Below are positions 1-12,479 of a stretch of DNA of 64,000 bases, piece by piece. The position numbers were made by a program, and so were the translations under genes. The first letter of the stretch is position 1; each line of letters begins with the position of its first letter. Source of the DNA: Paragordius varius (lineage: Eukaryota > Animalia > Nematomorpha); assembly GCA_964247055.1 (NCBI GenBank), contig OZ176053.1, forward strand, positions 8,308,001 through 8,372,000, in the 5' to 3' direction. The notes beneath the pieces were generated by a model. It saw only the letters and a program-made list of their open reading frames with translations, was not told the DNA's origin and searched no databases.

Positions 1-565
1 GTCTGTTTATGGTTAATAAGGTAAATAATAACTTAAGAAACTTAAATTTTATTTTAGCAGAAAAATTTTAATATTTATTGTTTCTAAAATTAACGTTTAT
101 TTTGAAAAAGCTTTGGAGTCCTAATTATGGTCTTTAAAAGTTGGAAAATTATAAAAAAAATAAGCGTTTTTTTGTTATTAAATAAGAAAACAATGTTTGA
201 AGATTGGGTTTAAACCAAAACAACTTTTAGTAGTTAAAATACAAGTCTTTAAAGTACTAAATCACTATGTCGATTACAAAAAATTTAAAAGATAATGTTG
301 TTTAGGGTGTTTAATATACCACTTTATTATATTTTGGGGTAGTGTTATATCTCAGAGCGGAATTGATTTCTCAAAAAGATTTTAGGGAATTACACCTAAT
401 TTAAATAATATGGTATTAGCTTTTGCGCCTTATACAAAAGTTATTTTTTAAAAAAATGTAAAAAAATCCATATCAAACTTTTTTGCCGTCGTTTCTTTTC
501 TATAATTATTTTTTCGCTATTACTATAAGATAAATTTATGGAAAGAAAATGTAAATAAACTTTAA

Positions 566-2670
566 CACTTGGATACAACACATTCATTTTAGTGCTTCGA
601 TTCAAATTGGGGTAGTTAAATACCCCAGGCCTGTTTAAAATGAAATTCTATAAAAAATATGGAAGGAATCGAAACCATGGCAAAACTTTGCACTTATATA
701 ACATTAAACCAAAATATATAAAAAATTTTATCAAAAATACTTTATACTAGTTATTTTAAGCTGAAACCGAAAGGTAAAAATTTAGTCAACATGACATGTG
801 TGCAATGGTAAAATTGAAAAACAATACAAAATAAACCGCTTATACTTTCTATCAATGATAGATTTAACACTTGGATACAACACATTCATTTTAGTCCTTC
901 GATTCAAATTGGGGTAGTTGGATACCCCAGGCCCGTTTAAAATTAAATAATTTTAAAATTATGAAAGGAATAGAAACCATGGCAAAATTTTGCACTTATA
1001 TAACATTCATAAACCAGAATATATAAAAAATTTTATTCAAAAATATTTGATATTACTTATTTTAAGGAAAAACTCAAAGGTAAAAATTTAGTCAACGTGA
1101 CATATGTGCATTGGCTAAATTGAAAAATAATACAAAATAAACCACTGTTTTAATTTATATCAATGTTAAATGTCATTTAAATAAAAAATTAGCTTTAACT
1201 ATACCTTGATAAATAAATGAACACGATATTTTGCAAAAAATTTTCAAAATAAAAATGGCGTCCAAGTAGTTTGACATGGAACTTTTTTTTCCAAACGAGA
1301 TTTTATTGAAATATTTTAGCTTATTTATATAATTTTTATCGGGATAGAAGCATAAATTTAAATTAGGACCGTTTCCTTCAGTAGTTTTTTTAAAATTTAA
1401 AATTTAATTTGGTCTGGGGTATTTAGATACCCCAAATTGAATCGAAGTGTTAAAATAAAAAATTAACTTTAATTTAACCCTTAAAATTAAAGAAGACGAT
1501 ATTTTGTAAAAATTCTCTAAAATAAAAATGGCGTAGGAAGTAGTTTGACATAGAATTTTTTTTTAAAACAAAATTTTATGTACATAATTTGGCATATTTA
1601 TATAATTTTTATTAGGATAGAAGCATAATTTAAAATTAGGACCGTTTTCTTCAGTAATTTTTAAAAATACCTAACTCAAATTTAGCCAGGGGTATTCAGA
1701 CAATTTGAATCGAAGTAAATAGCTTTCAAGCTATATATCGTCATATAAAAATCAACTGTTTTAATCTTGTTTTGGAGCTGATCCCAATTTTAGACTCTAG
1801 AAGTCAGAAAACTGTAAAAATTATAAGCTTTTATCTCCAACATGAGAACAATGAATAATAATTTTTATAATTAAAATAACTTTCAAAACTGTCATTTATA
1901 TACAAAATTAAGCTTTGGTTATAAAAATACCCCAAAAGCTAAACAAGGACAAAAATGTGATAGTAGTTTAAAGTGTCAAAAATACTTTTGATTACCCTAT
2001 TTTATAACATTCACTTTATCTATTTAAAATAAGTAGGCCGGAATTACTATATTTTGGTTAGGAATAATTTTTATTTTTTGATTGATCTTTGTTAAAGTAA
2101 ACAAGTAAAAGCCGTGAATTAACACTTTAAATTGGGGTATCTAAATACCCCAGACTTAATTTGATTTCGGATTTTTTAAAAACTACTGAATGAAACAGTC
2201 CCAATTTAAATTTATGCTTCTATCCTAATAAAAATTATATAAATATGCCAAAATATCTATATAAAATCTTGTTTAGAAAAAAATTTCCATGTCAAACTAC
2301 TTCGACGCTATTTTTATTTCACAAAATTTTTGCAAAATATCGTCTTCATTTAATTTTAAGGGTAAAATTTAAGCTAATTTTTATTTAAATTACATCTAAT
2401 ATTAATAGAAATAGATAAAGAGGTGTGTTTTGTATTATTTTTCAATTTTACCATTGCACACTCACGTTGACCAAATTTTTACCTTTCGGTTTATGCTTAA
2501 AATAAGTAATATCAAGAATTTTTGAAAATTTATTATATATTTTGGTGTATTAATTTTATGTAAGTGCAAAATTTTGTCATGGTTTTGATTAAAAAAATTT
2601 AATTTTTAACAGGCCTGTGGTATTTAACTACCCCAATTTGAATCGAAGGATTATGTGTTGTATCCAGGTG
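566..2670. mobile_element. Non-autonomous TIR/foldback element flanked by TTAA (piggyBac-like target); left arm present twice (from 566 and from 868)
   Basis: TTAA|CACTTGGATACAACACAT at 562-583 and 864-885; reverse-complement end ATGTGTTGTATCCAGGTG|TTAA at 2653-2674 (17/18 match). Diverged inverted similarity extends several hundred bp (about 868-1445 vs 2130-2670). No ORF. Confidence 0.65.
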
Positions 2671-3026
2671 TTAAGCTCTTGAAAATAAAATGAATGTTGT
2701 CCGATACTTATGGTACATTAATTAAAGCACATTGGAATATAATTCAAGAAAATCTTGAGCCACTCTATTTACTCCCAGTTTGCTACCAATACAATCTCCT
2801 TAATGAAAACGAAATAGAAATATTAATATCAGAAGTATAATTTATATTAATTATAGGTATCTGTCGAAATGAGAATAGAAAAGTTTTTCGATTATATATT
2901 TTTAAATAAAATTATAACTGATGAAATGTTTAACGAGATTATGAAAACTCAGTATCAATTTATAATTGATATAATACAAAGTATTTCTAAATAAATTATT
3001 TGTTATGTTTTTTACGTAACTTATTT

Positions 3027-3030
<4 letters not shown>

Positions 3031-3109
<79 letters not shown>

Positions 3110-3119
3110 TATATATATA
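3031..3119. repeat. (AT)n microsatellite
   Basis: Pure AT dinucleotide run 3031-3107, continuing to ~3119 after one interruption. Confidence 0.98.
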
Positions 3120-4340
3120 ATAAAAAATCGTGTTTATTTACACTTATAATTAATTGATCTCTCTTTATAACCTAATATGCATGCCCTAAAAGGACCTACC
3201 CCTGACAGATTTCTCGCACATGAATGTGGCCAGATAAGCTGTTTTTCGCAGTACAGTACTAGGTTTTCAGAAAAAAACTGCATCTGTACTGCTTTTTGAA
3301 TTTAAAAAAAGTTAAATTTTTTATAAATATATGGTAATTATCTTTTATTTATTAAAAATTATTTTAGAATTTAATATATGTAAAAATAACCCTATAATTT
3401 ATAAAGGTTTATTTTGCGGTAAAAAACTAAGATTGGCCTATTTTTAATTGGTTAATATTTTATTTTCTGCTCGAATTATACATAATTAGGATTGCAGCCT
3501 TTTGCACAGTGGCGAAACTTTAAATCTCGGAAAACCGTAAGATTCAGGCTAATGGCTTTTTCAGTGCTTACGCAAAAAGAGGTGCCTCAAAATTTATAAT
3601 TGACAAAATTTTATGATATTTTAATAAATGTTTGATCAAGTTTAGAAAGTTCATTTTTTGTAAGAATTATCAAACGAAAAATTATATAGAAAATTGTTAT
3701 TCTCTTAACATAGTATTTAAAATTTATTATATATGGATGGTTTCAAAACATTTTTTTCGTATTAAAAAATTAAGAGTTTTTTATGTTTTCTACACTCATT
3801 AGGTAGGAGGTATGATATTTCTTTTGCCTAAACGAATTTGAGATATTTTGTTTAAGCGTACTACAAATTATTTTGAAGCAGGATGGTAACGGTATAACGT
3901 TTTAAGAATGATAAACCCTTTTTCTAAATAATTCGATGATGTTGAACATATATAGGTTCAGAATTTAAATTTAAAGGTTTGTTCGCTTGCGAATTTTGAT
4001 GAATTTTCGTAAAAAAACACAATTTTTTAATATCAGAAAACGAACGAATATTTTAATCAAAATTCTGAGATCTCAACCGTTTATATCGTTTCCATTATGC
4101 TGAAATAGTATAAAGTACGCTTCAATAAAATTTTGCTAAAAATTAAATATTTGAAAGTATGCATTTTTTTAAATATATTTAGTTGATATCAAAATTTAGC
4201 ATATATAAAATAATTGCACAATGTCGGAATTGCGTTTTCTTTGAGAGAACAGTCCATTTTAAAAGAGATAAAAATTTGAGACTTTCAGAGCCCACCTAAC
4301 AGTTTAAAATTTTTAAAAATATTGTTTTGCTTTTTATGTA

Positions 4341-4931
4341 CCATTTGCACTTCAAGAGTGTGCTTGAACACTTCAAGTTGGTCCTTGAACACTTCAAGTT
4401 GGTCCTTTTTTATTTTGCTCTTTTATCAACCAAATCGTAAATAATTCATCTATTTTATTGTTTTTAACCTATTTTCTATTATTTAACATAAATTTTAAAT
4501 CAATATTAACTTTTAATCTTTGAGAAACCGTATATCTTTATTAATTTCTTATAATAATTTTGGATATTTATATGATTTTAACACGAAATATAAAAATATA
4601 TAAGTTTTCTGGGTTATTAATTAAAATTTTCCTAAAAAACATTTAAAAGTCAATAATTTTGTTCAATTGAAAAAAAATAGTTGAAATAAAAAAGTGGTTT
4701 TTCAATAAAAAATTTTATTTTTAAATGAATAAATTTATAATAAATAAAGAAAATTAGGTTATTAAATATTGAAATAAAAAAATAAATGCAAAAATTATGG
4801 TTAAATCAAAATTATAAATTTTAAGGACCAACTTGAAGTGCTCAAGGACCAATTTGAAGTGTTCAAGGACCAACTTGAAATGTTCAAGGACCAACTTGAA
4901 GTGTTCAAGGACACTCTTGAAGTGCTAATAG
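4341..4931. mobile_element. MITE family A copy 1 (TIR CCATTTGCACTTCAAGAGTGT, subterminal 21-bp tandem repeats), opposite orientation to copies 2 and 3
   Basis: TA|CCATTTGCACTTCAAGAGTGT ... ACACTCTTGAAGTGCTAATAG|TA. Arms carry 2 and 4 units of GGACCAACTTGAAGTGTTCAA. Interior matches 48684-49282 and 62059-62704 in reverse complement. Confidence 0.9.
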
Positions 4932-6659
4932 TATATGTAGTCTATGATTTTTTATAATAAAGCATTTAGTTTTCACATAAAATATATTTGAAATTGCGCA
5001 CCTTTTGCAATTGTATACGGAGCACTTACCACAAAAGTGTAAATAACTTTCTTTAACAACTCGTAAAAGTTAAAACCAAAAGCACCATGATAATCCTGAT
5101 ATATTCCTATCAGAATATATATAATTCATCAGGATATTTTTTGTAGAAATTTTGTAATTACAGCGATAGTGTAAAAACAGGCAAAGTATGTTTTAATTTT
5201 GTACTGCGTGAAAGTCATAAGCGTTTTTTTACAGGATTTATGATTGGTGAAGATAAGGTTTGTAACTAATTTAAGGATCTGAAGCTCAATGCGTTACGGG
5301 TGGGTATGGGATGCCTTGACGGCAGGTGGCCAACGATCTTCCGACGCTACACCCTTTACTTGTTTACATGATATCCAGCGACCACGTTTTTCGGCAGCGA
5401 CCAACCCAAGAATGTTTTTTTCCAGCGGATAGGACAGAAAATGACGTGATTTTCAATGACTCTAGATTATCATAGTTGCTCATTAAAATCAGTATTATTT
5501 CCTAACTTATGGAAATTTAAATTGGTCATTGCCGCTGGTTTATATCATTATTGTATGGCTTTTACTACACTTTTTTTGAATTTTTTGGCATAGTAATAAT
5601 CAACGAGCGTTAAATTTATAAAATACCAAAAGGGGAATTTTTACTAAAATGCTATTATTTTAAAAACTTCACTTTTCAAAGTTTTCTTCACAGCTGATAT
5701 TTTATTTCGCTCTAATAGATTCTAAAAATTTAAAGGTTGTGACTAGCAGCTAAAAGTTTGAAATGAAAATTTTTTATTTTTATATTTTTTGAATATGTAA
5801 TAAAGCGCCAACAAGGTCAAAAAATTATTTTTATCATAACCTTCTCAATTATCAACATTTGAAATTGCCCTAGGAGAATAAAACCCAGGAGGTTACAAAA
5901 GTTAATGAGAAAAATTGCCAAATAGGTAAAACGATGAGTAAGAAACAATTCAATAAGATAATTTCCGCCATTTAGCATATAATAATACAATTTAATTTTA
6001 CTTAGGTGTTGTTTATATTAAACTTGGAATCATTTAAATTGGAATTTATTAATGTTATATATAGCTTAAAAATTTAATATTTCATATTAAATTTTTATAA
6101 AATACTTTAAAAATTGATGCAAAAGGAATTTGATTTAGTTTAAAATAATACCGGGTTATATATATATATATAATTTTTTAAAATTGATAGCTTTTTTTCT
6201 ATTTAAAACTTCATTGCAATTTTATTTGTTGTTCGCGATGACATTTTGGGTTAGTTTTGTATCCCAAATCTTAATCTTGTAAATAGATTGCTGTTTTTAG
6301 AGTTGTTTTGGTTGAATTTAATTATCAATCACAGGCGTTCCCAAATGGTTTCGCGTGCCGCATTTTCGACAAAAATCTGGCCGGCCGCATTCGAAATATA
6401 TATATGGGCATTTATAAATAATTAAATAGAATTCAAACATAAGACTTTAACATAAAACACAATATAGTAATTTTTTATTTCCTGCCGATTGGATAAATTA
6501 ATTTAGAAAATTAAGGAATATTAATTCTAAGATTTATAATCATATTTCTGCAAAATATAATTTTCCAATTTTTTTTTGGGCCGAGCATTAAGTTTGGAGG
6601 ACGCCATGCGGCCTAGGGCCTTTTGGTCTGATTTTAACAAATATCAGTATTTTCTGGTA

Positions 6660-6900
6660 AATTAAGTCTAAAAGCTTTTAAAAGTTAATTATTTACATTT
6701 TCTAACCATAATATAGACTTGATTGGGCGAAAATTTTGAGATGAATTTTTCACCCAATTTTACATTTTTGAAATTTTTTTGAAGCATGGGCCTAAAAGGT
6801 AAAGAAAGCAGCATATTTTAAAATTTGGCAAAAACCTTAACTCTCTAAATTCAAATTTAAAATCGATCTGAGATATAAAACTACCCCAAAAGGTAATGAA
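6660..6900. repeat. Dispersed repeat family B (other copies ~53400-53660 and ~54270-54520)
   Basis: Shared blocks AAGTTA(A/T)TTATTTACATTTTCTAACCATAATATA and AAATCG(A/C)TCTG(A/G)GATATAAAA in all three copies; boundaries approximate. Confidence 0.7.
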
Positions 6901-8560
6901 TTGTTAATTTAATTATGTTTTTTATGCAAACGTGGATATTTTGGGGTTAATAGCCCATAGTTTAAATTTGTAAATAAACTACTGTGAATCGAACATTGTT
7001 CTTATTATATTAAAAGTTATATATATATTTTAGTGTTCTAATTTCTAGCGTCGAAAATCGGGACAGCTTTTTAAACCAGTTTAAGAATAACAGCTAATTT
7101 TAAAATCATTTAATATCAGAATAACTGCTTAAATGTAATTGATAGCTTTCTAACTTAGCTTTTTTATCACATTCTATATTTATTTCCCTGTTGTATTTAG
7201 TCCAGTAAAAACTCAAAGAACAAAATGGCGGCGAAAAAATTTGAGATAAGGATTTTTTATAATTTCGTGTTTTTTTAAATTTTTCCCCTTAAATCATGCG
7301 CTGAAAAAGACGAATCAAAATAGGCTCTCTTAAATACTTGGTAATGGATTTATGAACATATCGCTATCGATAAAAATAGCCAAAAAGTGGATTCATATAA
7401 AATAAATAAACCAAATTTTTTAACATTTTAAATTATATCAACGAAGCTTAATTTTTTTTCAAATTTATAAATTGGAAACCAATCAATTTAATATTTTCGT
7501 TTTCTGGACATATAATAAATTATAATAAAAAATGCCAGTTGATGTTATTATTTACTGAAAGCCAAATTAAAGAAAATCTTTATAACATTATGCATAAAGT
7601 ATTATGTCATCTTTTTATAAAAGGGTCGAAAAATTGAAAAAATACCATATTATAATAATTTCTAACATATTATCCACACAAATTTATATATAAAATAATT
7701 TATATCAGCTAAAATTTATTTGCATCATTGATCAGAAAATGTATTCCAAGATATAATAAAATGGCTCGGAATTCATTTCACCTATTCATCTCTATTGCTT
7801 CCAGATAAAATATAAGGCTATAACCTATATATGTATATGCATGCATGAAATAATTGAATATTATATATTTACCGCGACATTTAAATATAGTAATTTGGGC
7901 TCACACAAAGGCATAAAGTAACCAAACATGTATATACCTTCCAATGTTTGACTAATATACTGTAAGTCTGTTAAATATCGCATGGCCAAACGCACGTTAT
8001 ATAATGACAGGGGTAACCCCCACCCCAGATCGCGCCAATAAATCGAATATCGTTCGTAAAATAACCGATTCGACCCGTTCTTCTCAACGAATTAAGACAT
8101 CAATAACGATATCGAGCGCAACGTATACGTAACGTGTGGAATTATGTTGGTGTTAAAACTTAAATTTAATATATTTATTTAATTATTTATTTGACATATA
8201 AAATGGGTAAATAAATCAATGATTGATTCATACTACTTAAAGGACAATTCATTGACCAATATAAAGTAAGAAGGATAATAACTAATGATAATATTTATAT
8301 ATGCATAAAATAGGCAAAGAGTGGTTAAGATAGAAATAACACAAGGCAGTTTTCATCATCCTAGAAATAAAAAAAGGTTATATAGCATTTAAAAAATAAA
8401 CTTAAGGGGTTTGGTTAAGAGAATTTCGTTTGATAAAACTCAAATTTTAAATTATTTTTGTAAGTATGTATCATAAAAAGTAAATAAAATATAACCCTTG
8501 TGTTTTTTATTATTATTTTTTAGTTTTTATATTTTGTTTTTATTTTTTTTTATTTTTCTT

Positions 8561-9599
8561 TTAGGTTTTCTTTATATATGCATGTATAACAGAATGGATG
8601 TGATCATGTAAAATAATAAAATTATAAAAATAAACATCAAACAAAAAAGGCTGAACTGGATGTTAGTCAAGTCGACTCGTGTACTAACAGCTTTAAAACT
8701 AATTATCTAGTGGTTTGTTGACCAAGAAGAATGAGCTAATAACTCCATCAGTGTTGACATATGAGTCACACTCATAGATAGAGTATAGTATATTGTCTAG
8801 GGTCCATGTGGGGGTTAACGAAGAACGGTCTACAGAAACATCAGTTGATGATAGTGCTGGGTAAAGTGAATGGTCGGCTGTGAAATCACATTTGTTTGTG
8901 AGAATAACGCCTCCTAGTCTGTATAGAGGTCACTCCTTGGTATGGAGGTCCACGCATTAATGACAAAGCGGGAAAACTTCTCGTTGTTGAGAAGTGTTTC
9001 AGGGGCTGAATCAATGTTGTGCTTCGGGTATTGAATTATCACCTGGTGTGATTGGCGGTATGATGGTAAACAGTCTGCAAAAGTAGTAGACTTATTAAAC
9101 ATCTTAGAGTACTTCTTCATAATTGATACAAATGGTACGAACCAATTGAGTTTCTTGATATCTAGGACGTGGGAAAGTAGTCCCTGATCCGTTGGGTTAG
9201 TTGCTAACTTAACACCTGCCGATGTGACGGGAGGAGAAAAGATCTACTCGGTGTATGCTAACAAACAAATGTGATGTTCACAGCCGAACATCTACTTTAC
9301 CCAGGACTATCATCAACAAATGTTTCTGTAGACCGTTCTTAGTTACCCCCGCATGAGCCCCAGACAATACACTATACTCTATCTATGAGTGTGACTCATA
9401 TGTCAACACAGAGGGAGTTATTAGCTCATTCTTCTTGGTCAACAAACCACTAGATAATTAGTTTTAAAGCTGTTAGGACACGAGTCGACTTGACTAACAA
9501 TCAATTCAGCCTTTTTTGTTTGATGTTTATTTTTATAATTTTATTATTTTACATCATCATATCCATTCTTTTATACATGCATATATAAACAAAACCTAA
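8561..9599. repeat. Long inverted repeat: two ~339-bp arms (8561-8899 and 9261-9599) around a ~360-bp spacer; probably head-to-head retroelement 3' ends
   Basis: Arms are reverse complements with scattered substitutions and A-rich tails pointing outward. The spacer ORF 8914-9120(-) ends in FSRFVINAWTSIP, resembling the FFxxRVINAWNSLP C-terminus of CR1/L2-type LINE ORF2. Confidence 0.85.
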
Positions 9600-9652
9600 A
9601 AAAAAATATATAAACCTTTTTGTTGTTACAAAAAAGAAAAACTTACAAGAAT

Positions 9653-11595
9653 CTAATTCGATTCGCTATCGTTGTCCTTAACCAAATGACCATTTATGGG
9701 AAAAGTTCGATGTGAATTATCCATTGCATCGGACGATAGAGATCTCTTACCTTTATCAAATTTTGTTTCATGTTCAGATGATGATGATGATGCTTTCTTC
9801 GCCTTTTTGTCATTATAGGGTTTTTTGTGAGAATTCGTATCCCCAGATCCACCTATTGTTGTCTCTTTCAAACTTTTTTTCGCCAATTTGTTAGATTTTT
9901 TAGCAGACAATTTGTCATCTGAATCTGAGTTTTGACGGCGTTTTTTTGAGCGAGATCTTTCATCTACAGAGCTATCATTATCAGAGGTTGATGAGGACGA
10001 TGTAGTGGAGCTCGATGAGGAAGAATTAGAGCTACTAGAACTTGAGGAAGAGGAGTGATGTTTCTTACGTTTATTCCGTTTTTTGTGCTTTTTGGACGAT
10101 GATTTTTTGGATTCTTTTTTATTTTTCCCGTTTTTAATATCGTCATTGTCAAAATTATTTATACGTTTTTCAGTCTCAGATTCTACATCAGAATCACTGT
10201 CAGATTCAGATGATTTTTTCTTTCGCTTTTTGCCCTTAGATTTCTTCTTTTTATGCTTTTTCTTTTTATCCTTTTTACTCTTTTTTGCTTTTCTTCGGTC
10301 CTTCTTGGATTTTTTATTAGACTTTTTGGGTTTAACTGAATCGTCACTCTCTTCGGAAGTAGCAGTCTTAACATGTTTTTCCTCAACGTTTGTTTGTTCG
10401 GGTTCATGATCAATTCTTTGTGGTGATAGATATACTGTATTAGTTAAGGTATTATTATCATTAGTATTATCCAAAGTTTCCTTAATATGCGATGGAGATG
10501 AGTAAGTCTCTTCATTGTTTTCCCTACCGTCATCATCCGTTGATAAATGATTTGTGGTAGCGGGAAGATCTTTCATATCTGTATCATCGCCAACAATACT
10601 ATCATCATCTTTTTTCGTTTTAAACGTTGAATCCAACGAAGATGAGTGCCGACGGCGGACAACTTTAGCCTCTGAATTCTCCCGCGAAGTAGTAGACGAG
10701 CGGGATGAGGAGGAGGAGATGGCCCCGTTAGGAATTTTTTTGCTATCCTTTTCAAGTCGATCAGGACTTAGCTCCGTACTTGAGCGGTGAGCTGCGGCTC
10801 TATCAGACGAACTAGAACGTGACCTAGACTTCTTTTTCTGACGCACGTAACCTTTTGAAGAAACGCTCCGGGAAGAAGAGTGTCGACGACGACTTTTATC
10901 TAGTCTTTTTGGTGAAGTATTTCTTCGTTTTGTGCGATCACGTGAAAGGGATCGCGACGAAGAACGTCTTCGATTTTTGGTACGGCTTAAGCTTCTATCA
11001 TGGGTACGATTACGATTTTTTCGAGAAAGGGATCTTAAAAGCATATATACATATATATGAGTTAAAACTCCATCTTTAACAAAATATTGTAATAAATCAA
11101 TGATATATGTTTTACCAACCTGCTTCTACTCTTCCTTCTTCTGGAATTACTCCGTCTTTTCGATATTGATTTGGAATCACGGTGATCATCTTTTGTCCTT
11201 GATCGACTTTTAGAGTCACTTCTAGTGCGATGACGTCTATCTCTAGAGCGAGAACGCCTCTGTCTACTCCGAGGACGTCGACTCCGGGATCTACTCCTAT
11301 CCCTTTTGCGCATAGATTTCACAAGGGTACTAGGTGGACCATATCTAGCTAGCGAAACACGTATATCTCTCCCGTAAAATGATTTGCCATCCATTTTCTT
11401 AAGGGCCTTCTCGGCCTCTCTTTGGTTGTAAAATCGAACAAAGGCAAAGCCACGGCTTCTACTAGAATTATGCTCTTTGGGAAAGTACACATCACCAACA
11501 TCTCCATATTTTGCAAAAGCTTCTTCAAGTTCCCTATGCGTTGTTCGGGACGAGAGATTCCCAATTTTTAGGGATATCATGCGTGATATATCCAT
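9653..11595 (-). CDS. SRSF2: SRSF2/SC35-like SR splicing factor with a very long RS/Ser/Lys-rich tail; exons 11595-11120 and 11033-9653 (618 aa)
   Basis: RRM SLKIGNLSSRT...VGDVYFPKE...SRGFAFVRF...DIRVSLARYGPP matches the SRSF2 RRM. An 86-nt phase-2 GT-AG intron (11119-11034; AG|GTTGGT...TTTTAAG|A) joins the two ORFs in frame. Confidence 0.9.
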
Positions 11596-11801
11596 ATTGT
11601 TTGTCTGATTATTTTCAGTGTTATTTGTACCAGTATCTAAAAATCAATATAAATTTGTAAAATTACTCAAAAATACGGAAAGAAACACATACCTTTTATA
11701 TATTTCACCCAATAATTCAAATTAAACATATATCATCTCAAAAAACAAAATTGCAATGGTGGAAAAAAACACGCACAATCACTTTTATTTACTCGACAAC
11801 G
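11596..11801. promoter_or_regulatory. Putative bidirectional promoter between the SRSF2-like gene and PSMB6
   Basis: 206 bp separate the two divergent ATGs; inferred from gene geometry only. Confidence 0.55.
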
Positions 11802-12479
11802 ATGAATGCTAATCCAATTGTGTGTTCGGGCGAACATTTTTCATGGCAAGACGATATATCTATGGGAACTACATTAATTGCACTAAAATATCGCGATGGC
11901 GTGGTAATAGGCGCAGATTCTCGTACGTCATCGGGATCTTATATTGTTAATAGAGTGAGTGATAAACTTACAAAGCTTACTGATACAATTTATTGTTGCC
12001 GATCTGGAAGCGCTGCTGATACGCAAGCCCTTGCCGATGCCGCTTCATATGAACTTGATTATCTTCGCTATAATTTGGGATCTCCTGTAACGGTGTCAAT
12101 GGCAGCAAATATATTGAAAAATATGGCCTATAATTACCGTGATCAGCTTACAGTGGGACTTATTGTGGCTGGATGGGATCCTATTAAAGGTGGTCAAATT
12201 TATTCTATTCCACTTGGTGGTATGTTATTGGAGCAAGATTATGCAGTAGGTGGATCTGGTAGCATATTTGTTCAAGCACTTATTGATAGATCGTATGGAG
12301 ATTCAAAACGAACCAAAGAGGAATGTATCGATTACCTTAAAATGGTCATATTTTCTGCAATAGCACGAGATGCGGCAAGCGGTGGTGTTGTTAGGATAGC
12401 TGTGATTAACAAAGAAGGAACCGAGAGATTTTTATTTATGTCAGATCAGCATGAACCTGTGCCCATTTACAGAAATTGA
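11802..12479 (+). CDS. PSMB6: 20S proteasome catalytic subunit beta1 (intronless, 225 aa precursor)
   Basis: Propeptide ending MG|TTLIALKYRDGVVIGADSRTSSGSYIVNRVSDKLT, plus CCRSGSAADTQ, GGSGS and RDAASGG: an Ntn-hydrolase with N-terminal catalytic Thr of the beta1 type. ATG at 11802 is preferred over the TTG start in the ORF track. Confidence 0.93.
   Translation: MNANPIVCSGEHFSWQDDISMGTTLIALKYRDGVVIGADSRTSSGSYIVNRVSDKLTKLTDTIYCCRSGSAADTQALADAASYELDYLRYNLGSPVTVSMAANILKNMAYNYRDQLTVGLIVAGWDPIKGGQIYSIPLGGMLLEQDYAVGGSGSIFVQALIDRSYGDSKRTKEECIDYLKMVIFSAIARDAASGGVVRIAVINKEGTERFLFMSDQHEPVPIYRN

Noticed and set aside
5290-5460. GC-richer island, tested by eye for ncRNA or ribozyme folds
   Set aside because: GGGTG/CACCC pairing exists, but no HDV, hammerhead, tRNA or snRNA pattern could be completed.
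9712-11079. Plus-strand ORFs overlapping the SRSF2-like gene (for example 10083-10409 and 10554-10790)
   Set aside because: Antisense shadows of low-complexity Lys/Ser/Arg codons with no independent motifs.
11751-11801. N-terminal extension of PSMB6 from a TTG start
   Set aside because: An artefact of alternative start codons in the ORF track; ATG 11802 gives a normal propeptide.
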